NCBI GenBank assembly: GCA_964454445.1
Contig: CAYVTD010000008.1
Location: 3,517 to 67,516, forward strand
Source of the DNA: an uncultured Hyphomicrobiales bacterium
GTDB lineage: Bacteria; Bacteroidota; Ignavibacteria; Kapaibacteriales; UBA2268
Direction of reading: 5' to 3'
Length of the DNA stretch: 64,000 nt
Of this stretch, positions 38,689-49,359 are shown in pieces (within the stretch, counting starts at the first letter, position 1; each line of letters opens with the position of its first letter). Below the pieces are notes generated by a model. It searched no databases. It saw only the letters and a program-made list of their open reading frames with translations, and had not been told where the DNA came from. A program made the translations under genes and the position numbers.

Positions 38689-39666
38689 CTATGCCATCAA
38701 AGTACAAATAGCCGCTACATTAACCATATCTTCGGTGCTGCATCCACGAGAAAGGTCGCAATATGGCTTTTTCAAGCCCTGGACAATCGGTCCAACAGCC
38801 TCTGCACCTGCAAGGCGCTCAGTTAGTTTATATCCAATATTGGCTGAGTTCAAATCAGGAAATACTAAAACATTTGCCTTACCAGCAACATTCGAACCGG
38901 GGGCTTTCTTTTCTCCAATTCTTGGGATTATTGCCGCATCGAGTTGCAGCTCTCCATCGCAAGGTAATTCGGGTGCTTTTTGATTTACAATTTCCTTTGC
39001 TTTAATTACTTTATCTACGGCATCGTGTTTTGCGCTACCTTTAGTCGAAAAAGACAGCATTGCAACGCGCGGCTCCTCGCCTGTTACTGAATGGTAATTT
39101 TTTGCAGAACTAATAGCAATATCTGCAAGTTGCTCGCTCGTTGGATCGGGATTGACTGCACAATCGGCGAAGCAATACATTTTATCGGGAAAAAGCATAA
39201 TAAAGTAGCTACTTATTATCGAGATACCTTCGGCGACACCAACAGAGTATATTGCGGCTTTCAACACATTGCCTGTCGAGCTGACATTACCTCCAACACA
39301 TGCTTGAATCCTGTCAGTTTCGAGCATAAAACCTGCAAAATAAAGCGGATCTAAAATTGTATCGCGAGCTTGCTCGATTGTCATACCCTTGCTTTTTCTT
39401 TTTTCATATAGCAATTGAGTAAATTCTTCTTTCCATTCAGAAACCTCTGGATCAACAATTTCCACACCTGCTAAATCCAACCCTTTTTCAGCAGCAACTT
39501 TTTTAATCTTTTCTGTATTGCCGACTAATGATGGCACGGCAATTCTCTCTTGTAGCAGAATGATAGCTGCCTCGATACTTCTTGCGTCGTCAGCATCGGG
39601 AAACGAAACTTTCAAGTTTCTCTGTTTTGCTTTCTGGCGAACTTCATCAATAAATGATTTGCTCAT
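38689..39666 (-). CDS. pta: Phosphate acetyltransferase
   Basis: FADCAVNPDP, PRVAMLSFSTKGS, DGELQLDAA, FPDLNSANIGYK, DLSRGCS. Confidence 0.95.
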   Translation of the reverse strand: MSKSFIDEVRQKAKQRNLKVSFPDADDARSIEAAIILLQERIAVPSLVGNTEKIKKVAAEKGLDLAGVEIVDPEVSEWKEEFTQLLYEKRKSKGMTIEQARDTILDPLYFAGFMLETDRIQACVGGNVSSTGNVLKAAIYSVGVAEGISIISSYFIMLFPDKMYCFADCAVNPDPTSEQLADIAISSAKNYHSVTGEEPRVAMLSFSTKGSAKHDAVDKVIKAKEIVNQKAPELPCDGELQLDAAIIPRIGEKKAPGSNVAGKANVLVFPDLNSANIGYKLTERLAGAEAVGPIVQGLKKPYCDLSRGCSTEDMVNVAAICTLMA

Positions 39667-39742
39667 AACAAGACCTTTTTATTTTTTATCAAACAAATTT
39701 AATAATAAACTCAACTTATTAATATAGTTGTAAAATAAGTAA

Positions 39743-40999
39743 TTATTTAGCATTTTTAATCATAGGAGCGTTTAAAACCACTCTAACAGTATCTCTTGCA
39801 AAAACAAGTTCTTCGTTAGTTGGTATCACGTAAACTTTTATTCTGCTGTCGTCGGTGCTAATCAGCATTTCTTTGCCGCCAACAGCCTGTTTGTTTCTCT
39901 TTTGGTCGAGTTGAACACCGATAAATTCGAAATTTTCACAAATCATCTTGCGTATTTGAGGCGAATTCTCGCCGATACCAGCTGAAAAACATATAGCATC
40001 GCAGCCATTCATTGTTGCAACATAAGCGCCAATATACTTCCTTACGCTGTGGCTGTACATTTCCAAAGCAAGCTTGGCGCGTCTGTCTTGAAATTCTTCA
40101 TATTCTTGAATTAGGTCTCGCATATCATTAGTCAATCCGGAAATGCCGAGTACGCCAGAACGCTTGTTGAGCATTGCAAACACTTCGTCGATCGTTGTAC
40201 CTTCTTTGTGCATAATATATTCAACTATTGAAGGATCAATATCGCCTGAGCGAGTTCCCATGATCAATCCCTCCAAAGGAGTGAAGCCCATCGAAGTGGC
40301 AAAAGATTTTCCGCCTTTAATGGCACAAGCCGAAGAGCCATTGCCAAGATGCAAGGTAACGATATTTGTATTTTCCCTGTCTTTGCCTGTTAAATAGCGA
40401 TAGCGATAGGCAATATATCTATGTGATGTGCCATGGAAACCATATTTTCTTATCTTAAATCTTCTATATATCTGATAAGGAATGCCATATAAATATGATG
40501 TTGGCGGCATAGTCGAATGAAAAGCCGTATCAAAAATAGCTACTTGTGGGACATAAGGTCCGAATACTTCCATTGCCGCATAAATACCTTTTAAGTTGGC
40601 AGGATTGTGCAGCGGAGCCAAGTCGATGCAGTCCTCGATACCTGCAATAACTTTATCGTCGATTCTTTGCGACTCTTTGAACTCTTCTCCACCGTGGACA
40701 ACCCTGTGTCCAACGCCGTGAATATCTTCGAGACTTGTAAGCCCGGCAATCTTTGTTTCAGGTGACTGCATCCATTTAATTATATAGTTTATAGCAGCAC
40801 GGTGGTCGCGAAGAGGAAGAGCGCTTTTCACAGGATGATAGCCCACTGCCTGCAATGTTACGAGAGATTGGCTACCAACTCGCTCTATTAAGCCCTTAGC
40901 AAGCATTTTATCGGCGTGCTTATCGATTAATTCTAAATCCGTTTCAATTATTTGAAACTTCAAAGAAGAACTCCCACAATTAAATACGATAACGTTCAT
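39743..40999 (-). CDS. ackA: Acetate kinase
   Basis: NCGSSSLK, GHRVVHGG, APLHNP, FDTAFH, YGFHGTSH, HLGNGSS, MGTRSGD, GIGENS, PTNEEL. Confidence 0.97.
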   Translation of the reverse strand: MNVIVFNCGSSSLKFQIIETDLELIDKHADKMLAKGLIERVGSQSLVTLQAVGYHPVKSALPLRDHRAAINYIIKWMQSPETKIAGLTSLEDIHGVGHRVVHGGEEFKESQRIDDKVIAGIEDCIDLAPLHNPANLKGIYAAMEVFGPYVPQVAIFDTAFHSTMPPTSYLYGIPYQIYRRFKIRKYGFHGTSHRYIAYRYRYLTGKDRENTNIVTLHLGNGSSACAIKGGKSFATSMGFTPLEGLIMGTRSGDIDPSIVEYIMHKEGTTIDEVFAMLNKRSGVLGISGLTNDMRDLIQEYEEFQDRRAKLALEMYSHSVRKYIGAYVATMNGCDAICFSAGIGENSPQIRKMICENFEFIGVQLDQKRNKQAVGGKEMLISTDDSRIKVYVIPTNEELVFARDTVRVVLNAPMIKNAK

Positions 41000-41270
41000 T
41001 GTTTTAACCTATATGTTTTATGAATAAAGAAAAAAATTATGTGCAAATTCATAAATTTGATTTCTCAAATATTGTAAAGCTACATTTTGTAAAATTAAGA
41101 AAATCAAATCAATTAGAAAATATTTTTATAATAAGTTACAATGAATTTTTATTATTTGTAAAATGAAAGTGAGAATTTGTTTTGATACTTAATAAATTTT
41201 AATTTTTATTTAAATATTAGTCTTCTTAGCTATCTATTTTTATGTTAAAACCAAGAAAAAACTGGAAATA

Positions 41271-42128
41271 TTAGAATTCTAAGTGTATTTCAGCACTTTT
41301 GAAAGAATGAGTTAACGCTCCGATGGAAACAGCATTAATTCCAGTAGCTAAATAGTCTTGAATATTATCGAAAGTCATTCCCCCTGAGGCTTCGATGAAT
41401 ATGTTTTTGCCATTCGGTTTTGCTCTGATAAGATAGACAGCTTGTTTCATAAGTTCAGGGGTCATATTGTCGAGTAGAAATGCTTCAGCATTTGCTTCGA
41501 GTGCTTCTTCGATTTGCTCAAGATTTTCAACTTCAATTTCCGGTGTTATCTCCGGGAATTTATTTCTGCATTTTTCGATGGCATTTTTAATGCCTCCTGC
41601 GGCTTTGATATGGTTGTCTTTGATTAAAATTCCTGAAGATAGGTCTAAGCGATGATTGGAGCCTCCACCCATCTTGACAGCAAATCTTTCGAACATTCTC
41701 AAGCCAGGTGATGTCTTTCGTGTATCAAGAATCTTCACACCGAAAGGTTTTGCAAGTAAAGCAAACTTGTGTGCCATAGTGGCAATACCAGAAAGCCTCT
41801 GGATAATGTTGAGCAAGACACGCTCACGCATCAAAATTAAATATGCTGGACCGGGTATGCTTGCGATTACATCACGATTTTTAGCTCCTTCGCCATCTTT
41901 TATCAATGAATCAACTTGAAACTTGTCATCAAAGAAATAATAAAAAAGGAATTCTCCGACAAAAATCATATTTTCCTGGGCGCGAAGTTCTGCCGTGGCA
42001 ATTTCATTTTTATCAACGGTGGCTTCCGTTGTTAAATCGCCGAGCGGGATGTCTTCGAGCAGAAACTCTGCCACTTTGTAATTTACCAAATATGGTGGTA
42101 TGCGGTTAATTTGTTCATATTCGAGCAA
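41271..42128 (-). CDS. nadC: Nicotinate-nucleotide diphosphorylase (QAPRTase)
   Basis: ERVLLN, SGIAT, DTRKTSPG, NHRLDLS, LIKDNHI, EVE, LLDN, EASGG. Confidence 0.95.
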   Translation of the reverse strand: MLEYEQINRIPPYLVNYKVAEFLLEDIPLGDLTTEATVDKNEIATAELRAQENMIFVGEFLFYYFFDDKFQVDSLIKDGEGAKNRDVIASIPGPAYLILMRERVLLNIIQRLSGIATMAHKFALLAKPFGVKILDTRKTSPGLRMFERFAVKMGGGSNHRLDLSSGILIKDNHIKAAGGIKNAIEKCRNKFPEITPEIEVENLEQIEEALEANAEAFLLDNMTPELMKQAVYLIRAKPNGKNIFIEASGGMTFDNIQDYLATGINAVSIGALTHSFKSAEIHLEF

Positions 42129-42156
42129 ATTTTATCTCCTTGCTTAAGTTCAAAAT

Positions 42157-43107
42157 TTATTTGCTAAGTTCCAACATTCTTTCGAGTGGTTTTAATGCTT
42201 TTAATCTAAGCTGTTCGTCGATTTTTATTTCAGGTGTAAGTGTTTTAAGAGCCTTAATCATCTTCTCCATTGTGTTTAATTTCATATAAGGACATTCATT
42301 ACAAGCACAACCATCAAGGTTTGCCACCGGTATAAATTCTTTATTAGGTATTTCTTTGTGCAAAGTGTTTAAGATACCTGTTTCGGTTAAGATAATGAAT
42401 TGTTTGTCGTTTAGCTCGCGGGCTGTCTTGATTATTCCGCTTGTCGAGCCAATATAATCGGCATAATCGAGAATGTTTTCGGGACATTCCGGGTGAGCAA
42501 GGACTTTTGCGTCAGGATACAAACTAATTAAACGAATTAGCTCTTGTTCAGAAAAGATTTCGTGGACTTGACAAGTTCCATTCCAGAGTATCAAATCTCT
42601 TTGTGCTTGTTTCATTACAAATTTTCCGAGATATTTATCGGGAGCGAAGAGAATTTCCTTGTCTTTGGGAATGGAATTAATGATTTTCACGGCATTGGAC
42701 GAAGTGCAAATAATATCAGACATCGCCTTGATTTCGGTCGAACAATTAATATATGAGATCACAACCGCTCCAGAATGGTCATCTATCCATTTTTTGAAAG
42801 CAACCGGCTCTGCGCTGTCGGCAAGCGAGCATCCAGCTTTTAAATCTGGCAGTAAAACGAGCTTTGTCGGATTTAAAATCTTGGCTGTTTCTGCCATAAA
42901 GTGAACACCACAAAACAAGATTACGTCTGCATCAGTTTTTTTAGCTGCTTGCGACAATGCGAGTGAATCGCCTAAAAAATCAGCGACTTCCTGAATGTCT
43001 TTTTCTTGATAATAATGTGCAAGAATGACTGCATTACGCTCTTTTCTAAGCTCATTAAGTTTTTCTATCTGTTCTTTTAATCTATTGTTCATATCTAAGA
43101 TTTGCAA
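42157..43107 (-). CDS. nadA: Quinolinate synthase
   Basis: ILAHYYQ, DFLGDSL, CGVHFMAETAK, AGCSLAD, YINCS, AHPEC, GSTSG, CPYMK. Confidence 0.96.
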   Translation of the reverse strand: MQILDMNNRLKEQIEKLNELRKERNAVILAHYYQEKDIQEVADFLGDSLALSQAAKKTDADVILFCGVHFMAETAKILNPTKLVLLPDLKAGCSLADSAEPVAFKKWIDDHSGAVVISYINCSTEIKAMSDIICTSSNAVKIINSIPKDKEILFAPDKYLGKFVMKQAQRDLILWNGTCQVHEIFSEQELIRLISLYPDAKVLAHPECPENILDYADYIGSTSGIIKTARELNDKQFIILTETGILNTLHKEIPNKEFIPVANLDGCACNECPYMKLNTMEKMIKALKTLTPEIKIDEQLRLKALKPLERMLELSK

Positions 43108-43153
43108 AAAGGTGAAACAAAGTAAGTAAAGTAAAGAAATAAAAATTTATGTT

Positions 43154-43399
43154 TCAAATTGCGGCTTCTACACGGGTAATTTCAGCAACATTTTTTTTGA
43201 GCCACCTCTCAATACCACCCCTTAGAGTCATTTTTGATAGGGGACAGGTGAGACAATCGCCAGTAAAACGGATGACGGCAACTCCACAATTATCTTCGAA
43301 GCGGACAAATTCTGCTCCACCATTGTCTTCTTTAAGAAAAACTTCGATTTCTGCTAGAGATTTGATTATATGTTGTTCTATTTCAGATTTGCTACGCAT
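43154..43399 (-). CDS. NifU/NfuA C-terminal domain Fe-S scaffold protein
   Basis: LKEDNGG..FTGDCLTCP..TLRGGIE (CxxC); downstream of mrp. Confidence 0.88.
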   Translation of the reverse strand: MRSKSEIEQHIIKSLAEIEVFLKEDNGGAEFVRFEDNCGVAVIRFTGDCLTCPLSKMTLRGGIERWLKKNVAEITRVEAAI

Positions 43400-43608
43400 C
43401 GTAAATACCCAACTTAATGAAAAAACAATAATACTCTTAAGTCTCCTTCAAATCGCGAGGCAGTCTTTAAGAGTATATTTCTCAATGAATTTGTTAGTCA
43501 AAATTATCTTATCTATTTAAAATATTAGAAATTAGTAGAAAAGATATTCATGACTGTTCAATAGATATAAAAAAACTTAGTGGAATATGCTAAAAAAGCC
43601 GATTAATA

Positions 43609-44703
43609 CTAAATTTGAATATTCAAACTTCCCGAATTTTCGTAATTTCGCTTACGAATCTGACTAACGATCTTTGCTGTAATATCTTTAAGTACTTTTG
43701 CTTGATTGCCTTCGGGATCGGCAATAACGATGGGCTTTCCACTATCGTTATTCTCACGCATTTTGATATTTAGCGGAACTTCGCCAAGAAAAGCAGTCTC
43801 GCTTTCATCGGCAACGCGTTTGCCTCCACCCTTTCCAAAAATATAATATTTTTTATCGGGCATGTCCGGCGGAACAAAATAGCTCATATTCTCGATAATA
43901 CCAAGAATATCGACATCAACTTTCTTGAACATTGCAATACTGCGGCGAACATCGCTAACTGAGATTTCCTGTGGAGTAGTAACGATAACCGAACCTGTTA
44001 GGGGGATTTTTTGTGTTAATGTAAGCTGAATATCGCCAGTGCCTGGAGGCAAATCGAAAACAAGAAAGTCGAGAGGTCCCCATTCGACCTGCTCGAAAAG
44101 TAATGTGAAATAGCCTGCGAGCATTGGTCCACGAACTATTGCGGCTTGCTCGCGATTGAGGATGAAGCCCATTGATGCGACTTTTATATCATATTGTTCA
44201 AGTGGATAGGCAACTGTTTTACCTTCGTCTGTTTCATAAGCTTCGAGGGTATTGTCTGAAAGACCAAACATTGTTGGCTGGCTGGGACCATAGACATCGC
44301 CGTCGAGAATGCCAACTTTGGCACCGCTTAACGAAAGAGCAGATGCAATGTTCGAGCTAATTGCTGATTTTCCAACGCCTCCTTTACCTGAAGCTACAGC
44401 GATAATATTTTTTACGTTTTTAAGATACTCCCTGTTAGTATAATCTTGTTCCTTTTCTTTGAAATTAATCTCGCTTTCACAACCGGGTACTAATCCTTCG
44501 AGTATCTCGGCGCATTTCGTGTTAATCGATTCCGCTACCCAATGAATTGGCTGAACAAGTTCTATATCGATAGTGATCTTTCTGCCATCAATAGAAATAT
44601 TTTTAATTGCATCAAGTTCGGCAAGCGTTTTGCCTAAATCGGGGTCAGAAATGCTACCTATATTCTTTTTAATTGCTTCTTTATTCGAATTATTATCCAT
44701 CAT
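43609..44703 (-). CDS. Mrp/NBP35 (ApbC) Fe-S cluster carrier ATPase
   Basis: N-terminal DPDL (DUF59-like), SGKGGVGKS, DVYGPS, DLPPGTGD, VTTPQ, IENMSYF. Confidence 0.93.
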   Translation of the reverse strand: MMDNNSNKEAIKKNIGSISDPDLGKTLAELDAIKNISIDGRKITIDIELVQPIHWVAESINTKCAEILEGLVPGCESEINFKEKEQDYTNREYLKNVKNIIAVASGKGGVGKSAISSNIASALSLSGAKVGILDGDVYGPSQPTMFGLSDNTLEAYETDEGKTVAYPLEQYDIKVASMGFILNREQAAIVRGPMLAGYFTLLFEQVEWGPLDFLVFDLPPGTGDIQLTLTQKIPLTGSVIVTTPQEISVSDVRRSIAMFKKVDVDILGIIENMSYFVPPDMPDKKYYIFGKGGGKRVADESETAFLGEVPLNIKMRENNDSGKPIVIADPEGNQAKVLKDITAKIVSQIRKRNYENSGSLNIQI

Positions 44704-44854
44704 TAAAATCCTCTGTTCAAAAAAATAAATAATATTTGAAAAACCTAATGGTATAGAAACGTTATTAATGTCTAAAAAGTGTTTTTTTTATCTATTTATA
44801 AGATTGGAAACTAAATTAGCTTATACCTATATTTCAAATTTTTCAATAAAAAAA

Positions 44855-46951
44855 TTATGTTTTTGTTGTTTTTCCAATCTTAATTCTGTAATCGACAGCT
44901 ACAATCGAATTGTTGCTCGCTATCAGCGGATTAAGGTCGAGTTCCTCTATCTCGGGAGCAGCCATCAATAAAGCAGAAAGATTTATCATGATTTCAGCAA
45001 ATTTTTCTTCGTTTACGCCTTTTTGCCCGCGAACTCCTTCAATAATTTTGTAAGAACGTAAATTGCGAATCATTGCCAACGCTTCATCTTTACTTAATGG
45101 GGCGAGACCCGTTGAAATATCTTGCAAAATCTCGACGAACAAACCACCAAGTCCGCAAACAATCAAATGACCAAATTTTTCTTCTTTTTTTGCTCCGAGG
45201 AACAACTCGATACCTTTCTTAACCATCTTTTGAATAACGACTCCTTCAGCGCCGGGAATTTTCATCATTTCTTCAAAAAATGCCGCTGCTTGCTCTGTCG
45301 ATTCGATATTTAACTCCACACCTCCGACATCACTCTTGTGGATTGGTCCAATTACCTTCATTGCAAGCGAGCCACCGAGTTTCTCGGCGGCGGCAATAGT
45401 GTCTGCTTTGTTGTAAACAGTTATCTCAGGCACTAAATCCACTTTTGCAGCAAGCAGTAAGTCGCGTACTTCTTTGGGCTTAAGGAAGCCAGACCGGGCT
45501 TTGAAGATGGTTTCGCGTATGGTCTTTGAGTCGATTTCAGGCATTATCCCGGTTTTTGCAGGCTTGGGAGTGTGCCAGCTTTTTGCAAGCGCTTGCGCGA
45601 GATTGACTTCTTCCATAAAATTAATTCTACCGAGCGATATGAAATAATCAACTGCCTCTTTCACTTGGACAATTGAAGGAAGAACCGGAAAAATTGGCTT
45701 GCTGCAAGTTCTCATTTTTTCATCAAGCACCTTGTAAACTGGCTTGACGTCGAACAGCCCTGGAGTGCCAAAAATAACAACCGAAGCGTCGATATTATCA
45801 AATCTTTTATCGGTATATTCAAGGATTTCACCAAGTTGTTCAGCATTGCCTGTTGCTAAAAAATCAATTGGATTTGAAATCGACGAGCCATAATAAAGTT
45901 TAGTAAGAAGTTCTTCGGCTGCCTGACCTTCGATATGCGGCACTTCCATGCCATTTTTTTCAAGGGCGTCTGTAAGCATAACGCCTGGTCCACCGGCATG
46001 AGTTATAACGGCGATACGCTTGCCTTTCAGTGGTTTATGCGAAAACACTCCTGCCATATAAACAAGTTCTTCCTTGCTAAAGCAGCGAACAATACCTGCT
46101 TTTTGAAATAGTGCGCTAACTGCCTCGTCCGAACCTGCAAGCGCTCCTGTATGAGACGAAGCCGCGCGTGCTCCCGATTCGGTTGCTCCTGCTTTAATAG
46201 CGGATATTCTGCAGCCCTTGTTAATAAGTGATGATGAATGTTTTAATAATTTCAATGGATTGCGGATTGTTTCGATATAAATCATTTTTATTCTAGAGCT
46301 GTTTTGCTCGTCAAAACTCTCATCTAAATGTTCGAGAACTTCTTCTACACCAATCTGGGCACTATTGCCAACAGAGAATACACTTGAAAAGCTTAAACCC
46401 ATTGTCATAGCTACTTCCAGGATAAATACAGCCGTTGCTCCCGAACTAGATATAAAATCGATACCTTTTGGGTCGAGCTTTGGCACAGGCCCAGCAAAAA
46501 CTCCTTTATAATGAGTGTTCATTACACCAATACAATTTGGTCCAATAAGCATTCCTTTTGCTTTGCTTATCAATTCTACTATTTCTTGTTCTAGTTTCTT
46601 GCCTTCTTCGCCAACTTCGCTGAAGCCAGCAGATAAGATAACAAATGCTTTCGTGCCGTTTGCGATTAGCTGATTTATAGTCGGAACAGCTAATTTAGAG
46701 GCAATAGCAATAATGGCAAGTTCGCATTTTATATCATCAAGTGAATTATGGCAATTTATGCCTTGCACTAGGCTTTCTTTCGGGTTAACTGCATACAATT
46801 CACCTTCATAACCACCTGATAATAAATTCTTTAGCACTTTGCCGCCAGGCTTGGTCTCGTCGTTTGAAGCACCAACAACAACTATGCTTTTCGGCTCTAA
46901 TAATTCTTTGACAATCATAGAATAATCCTTCCAATTTAAAAATTTATACAA
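44855..46951 (-). CDS. ADP-forming acyl-CoA synthetase (fused alpha/beta, acetate-CoA ligase family)
   Basis: VVGAS, GPNCIG, SSSGA, VGNSA, ASSHTGALAG (phospho-His), NPIDF, HKSDVGGV, ELDLNPL. Start may be ATG 46918. Confidence 0.92.
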   Translation of the reverse strand: MYKFLNWKDYSMIVKELLEPKSIVVVGASNDETKPGGKVLKNLLSGGYEGELYAVNPKESLVQGINCHNSLDDIKCELAIIAIASKLAVPTINQLIANGTKAFVILSAGFSEVGEEGKKLEQEIVELISKAKGMLIGPNCIGVMNTHYKGVFAGPVPKLDPKGIDFISSSGATAVFILEVAMTMGLSFSSVFSVGNSAQIGVEEVLEHLDESFDEQNSSRIKMIYIETIRNPLKLLKHSSSLINKGCRISAIKAGATESGARAASSHTGALAGSDEAVSALFQKAGIVRCFSKEELVYMAGVFSHKPLKGKRIAVITHAGGPGVMLTDALEKNGMEVPHIEGQAAEELLTKLYYGSSISNPIDFLATGNAEQLGEILEYTDKRFDNIDASVVIFGTPGLFDVKPVYKVLDEKMRTCSKPIFPVLPSIVQVKEAVDYFISLGRINFMEEVNLAQALAKSWHTPKPAKTGIMPEIDSKTIRETIFKARSGFLKPKEVRDLLLAAKVDLVPEITVYNKADTIAAAEKLGGSLAMKVIGPIHKSDVGGVELNIESTEQAAAFFEEMMKIPGAEGVVIQKMVKKGIELFLGAKKEEKFGHLIVCGLGGLFVEILQDISTGLAPLSKDEALAMIRNLRSYKIIEGVRGQKGVNEEKFAEIMINLSALLMAAPEIEELDLNPLIASNNSIVAVDYRIKIGKTTKT

Positions 46952-47010
46952 AAATCAAATATATGAAAAAAATGGCTTAACTCGAAATTTTTTAAAGCAT
47001 AAATTAATGT

Positions 47011-48189
47011 TTAATCCATCTGGATTTTCTTATCTTTAGGCAATGGTAGTACTATTGGAATACCAATGAGTGCTAAACCTGCACAGACAATATAAACAGT
47101 TTGAAGATCCATAACATCGCCAAGCCAACCGATAAAAAAAACAACTAACGAGCTAATAACAAAATTTATAGTCATATATATACTATTTGCCGAGGCGTGA
47201 AATTCCGGTTCCATATCTTGCACAATAGCTAAAAAAATCGGCATTTCAGAGAATATTATCAAGCCAAGCAATATCAATAATGGCACGGTTATCCAGCCAC
47301 TACTAAAAATAAACGCAAACATCAGAACCGGTGCCGAAGAAAACAGTATTATTAATAATTTTTTCCTTCCAATAATATCAGATATAGGTCCTGAGAAGAA
47401 TGCACCTGCTGCGCCAAACAGTTCCAATAACGAAAGTGAGGCACCTGCCAGGAAAAGTGTAACTCCTTTGTTAGTCATATAAATAGGTAAGAAGTAGGTC
47501 AAAGCTACAAGCACAAATGATTTGGCAAATATCAAGCCGGCGATGATGATGTAAACCTTTTTTAGTCGCTTAAAAGTAGAAAACAACATATCCCTTTTCC
47601 TACCATTATGAACATTCGCCTTAACAGCATTATCCTTGATAAAGAAGCCAATTACAATCATTATTACAGCCCCGGGGAAAAACATTTTCCAAGAGCCTTC
47701 CAAGCCCCATATTGCCAATACCCAAAGCATAATCATCGGTCCTGTCGAACGGGCAAGCTCGCCTCCAAACATAAAGAAACTCATTCCCGGAGCGGTCTTA
47801 TTACCTGCATAGCTCCTGATTAAAACCGGACCAGGCACATGGAAAAATGCCGAGCTAATACCTGATATTGTCAGTAGTGTTATTACTAACGCATAATTGG
47901 GCATTAAAACAATCAAACTGATTGACAATGCTGTTATTATCGGCGAAACGATAACAAAACTGCTCAAGCGCATTCTATCGGCATAAACGCCTATTATCGG
48001 GTTTAATATCGAAGGAAATCGCATTACAAACACAATCATACCAGACATAAACATTGTCATATTGTGTTTTTTTATCAGCAAAGGCAGCAACAAAGGCACA
48101 AATGCCTGATAGTTGTCATTAACAAAATGCGACAATGCCACAAGCCCTACTTTGCCCGTTTGAAATTTATTTATTCTTATTTTCGACAT
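47011..48189 (-). CDS. MFS transporter (Fsr-like)
   Basis: SHFVND, AFFHV, GPISDIIGRK; about 12 hydrophobic segments. Confidence 0.88.
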   Translation of the reverse strand: MSKIRINKFQTGKVGLVALSHFVNDNYQAFVPLLLPLLIKKHNMTMFMSGMIVFVMRFPSILNPIIGVYADRMRLSSFVIVSPIITALSISLIVLMPNYALVITLLTISGISSAFFHVPGPVLIRSYAGNKTAPGMSFFMFGGELARSTGPMIMLWVLAIWGLEGSWKMFFPGAVIMIVIGFFIKDNAVKANVHNGRKRDMLFSTFKRLKKVYIIIAGLIFAKSFVLVALTYFLPIYMTNKGVTLFLAGASLSLLELFGAAGAFFSGPISDIIGRKKLLIILFSSAPVLMFAFIFSSGWITVPLLILLGLIIFSEMPIFLAIVQDMEPEFHASANSIYMTINFVISSLVVFFIGWLGDVMDLQTVYIVCAGLALIGIPIVLPLPKDKKIQMD

Positions 48190-48347
48190 TACTTTTTCGA
48201 TTTAACTAAATAAGTTTTACTCAAATTTATTTTAAAGAGATAATTCAAATGTTGCATAATAAATTGTTGCAATTTAAGAGAAAATTTAGTATTCATTGAT
48301 TATATTTGCTATTTGTATAATGTGCAATTAAATTATAAGAATTTCCA

Positions 48348-49343
48348 ATGGGATTGTTCGATAAACTAAAGCAAAAAGTCGATTCTGCCTTAAAATCCAC
48401 ATCTGAAGTGCTTGGTTTTAATAAGCTAAAAGATGGACTGGAAAAAACCCGCAAGTCTTTTTCGGAAAAGATTAATTCAGTATTGGGTGTCGGCAGAAAA
48501 ATCGACGAATCGCTTTTGAGGGATATCGAAGATATCCTGATAACAGCAGATATCGGCGTCGAAACTACTGACATTATTATCGAGAATCTCCGCTTGCGTG
48601 TGAAACAAGAAGGGCACGAAAACTCTGAAGATTTATATAGAATTTTGAGAGAAGAGATATTAAAGCTATTAATTGCCTCTCCTTCGGCAGACAACGACGC
48701 CACTTATATTGTCGATGAAAACAGTAAACCACGAACAATTATGGTTATAGGTGTCAATGGTGTCGGCAAGACTACAACCATTGGCAAACTTGCCTATAAT
48801 TACAAGAATGCCGGAAGGTCGGTCTTAATCGGTGCAGCAGACACTTTTCGCGCAGCCGCAAACGAACAGCTCGAAATATGGGCAGAAAGAGCCGGCGTGC
48901 CTATCATTCAGCAAAGCCAGGGCGCCGACCCGGCCTCGGTTGCTTTTGACACTTTAAAATCGGCTATGGCTAAAGACAATGACGTCGTTATCATAGATAC
49001 CGCTGGCAGACTACACAATAAAGGCAATCTGATGCGCGAACTCGAGAAAATAAGCCGTGTGCTCGGCAAACTCAAGCCCGAAGCTCCTGAAGACGTTTTT
49101 TTGGTGTTAGATGCAACTACCGGACAAAATGCGGTTGTGCAAGCAAAAGAATTTATGAAAGTAGCTAAGATTAGCGGAATTGTCCTGACAAAGCTCGATG
49201 GGACGGCTAAAGGAGGTGTGGTTATTGCTATTGCCCGCGAATTGAAGATCCCTGTTCGTTATATCGGTGTAGGCGAAAAAATCGACGACTTACAGGTTTT
49301 TAATCCTGCGGCTTACATAGAAGCGCTCTTTGAAAATGATTGA
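48348..49343 (+). CDS. ftsY: Signal recognition particle receptor FtsY
   Basis: GVNGVGKTTT, DTFRAAA, DTAGRLH, DATTGQN, TKLDGTAKGG, GVGEKIDDL. Confidence 0.98.
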   Translation: MGLFDKLKQKVDSALKSTSEVLGFNKLKDGLEKTRKSFSEKINSVLGVGRKIDESLLRDIEDILITADIGVETTDIIIENLRLRVKQEGHENSEDLYRILREEILKLLIASPSADNDATYIVDENSKPRTIMVIGVNGVGKTTTIGKLAYNYKNAGRSVLIGAADTFRAAANEQLEIWAERAGVPIIQQSQGADPASVAFDTLKSAMAKDNDVVIIDTAGRLHNKGNLMRELEKISRVLGKLKPEAPEDVFLVLDATTGQNAVVQAKEFMKVAKISGIVLTKLDGTAKGGVVIAIARELKIPVRYIGVGEKIDDLQVFNPAAYIEALFEND

Positions 49344-49359
49344 TAACAAAGATATTTAT

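Noticed and set aside
43431-43476. 10-bp inverted repeat ATACTCTTAA/TTAAGAGTAT between mrp and nfu
   Set aside because: AT-rich with a long loop and no clear U-tract; compatible with chance or a simple mRNA hairpin.
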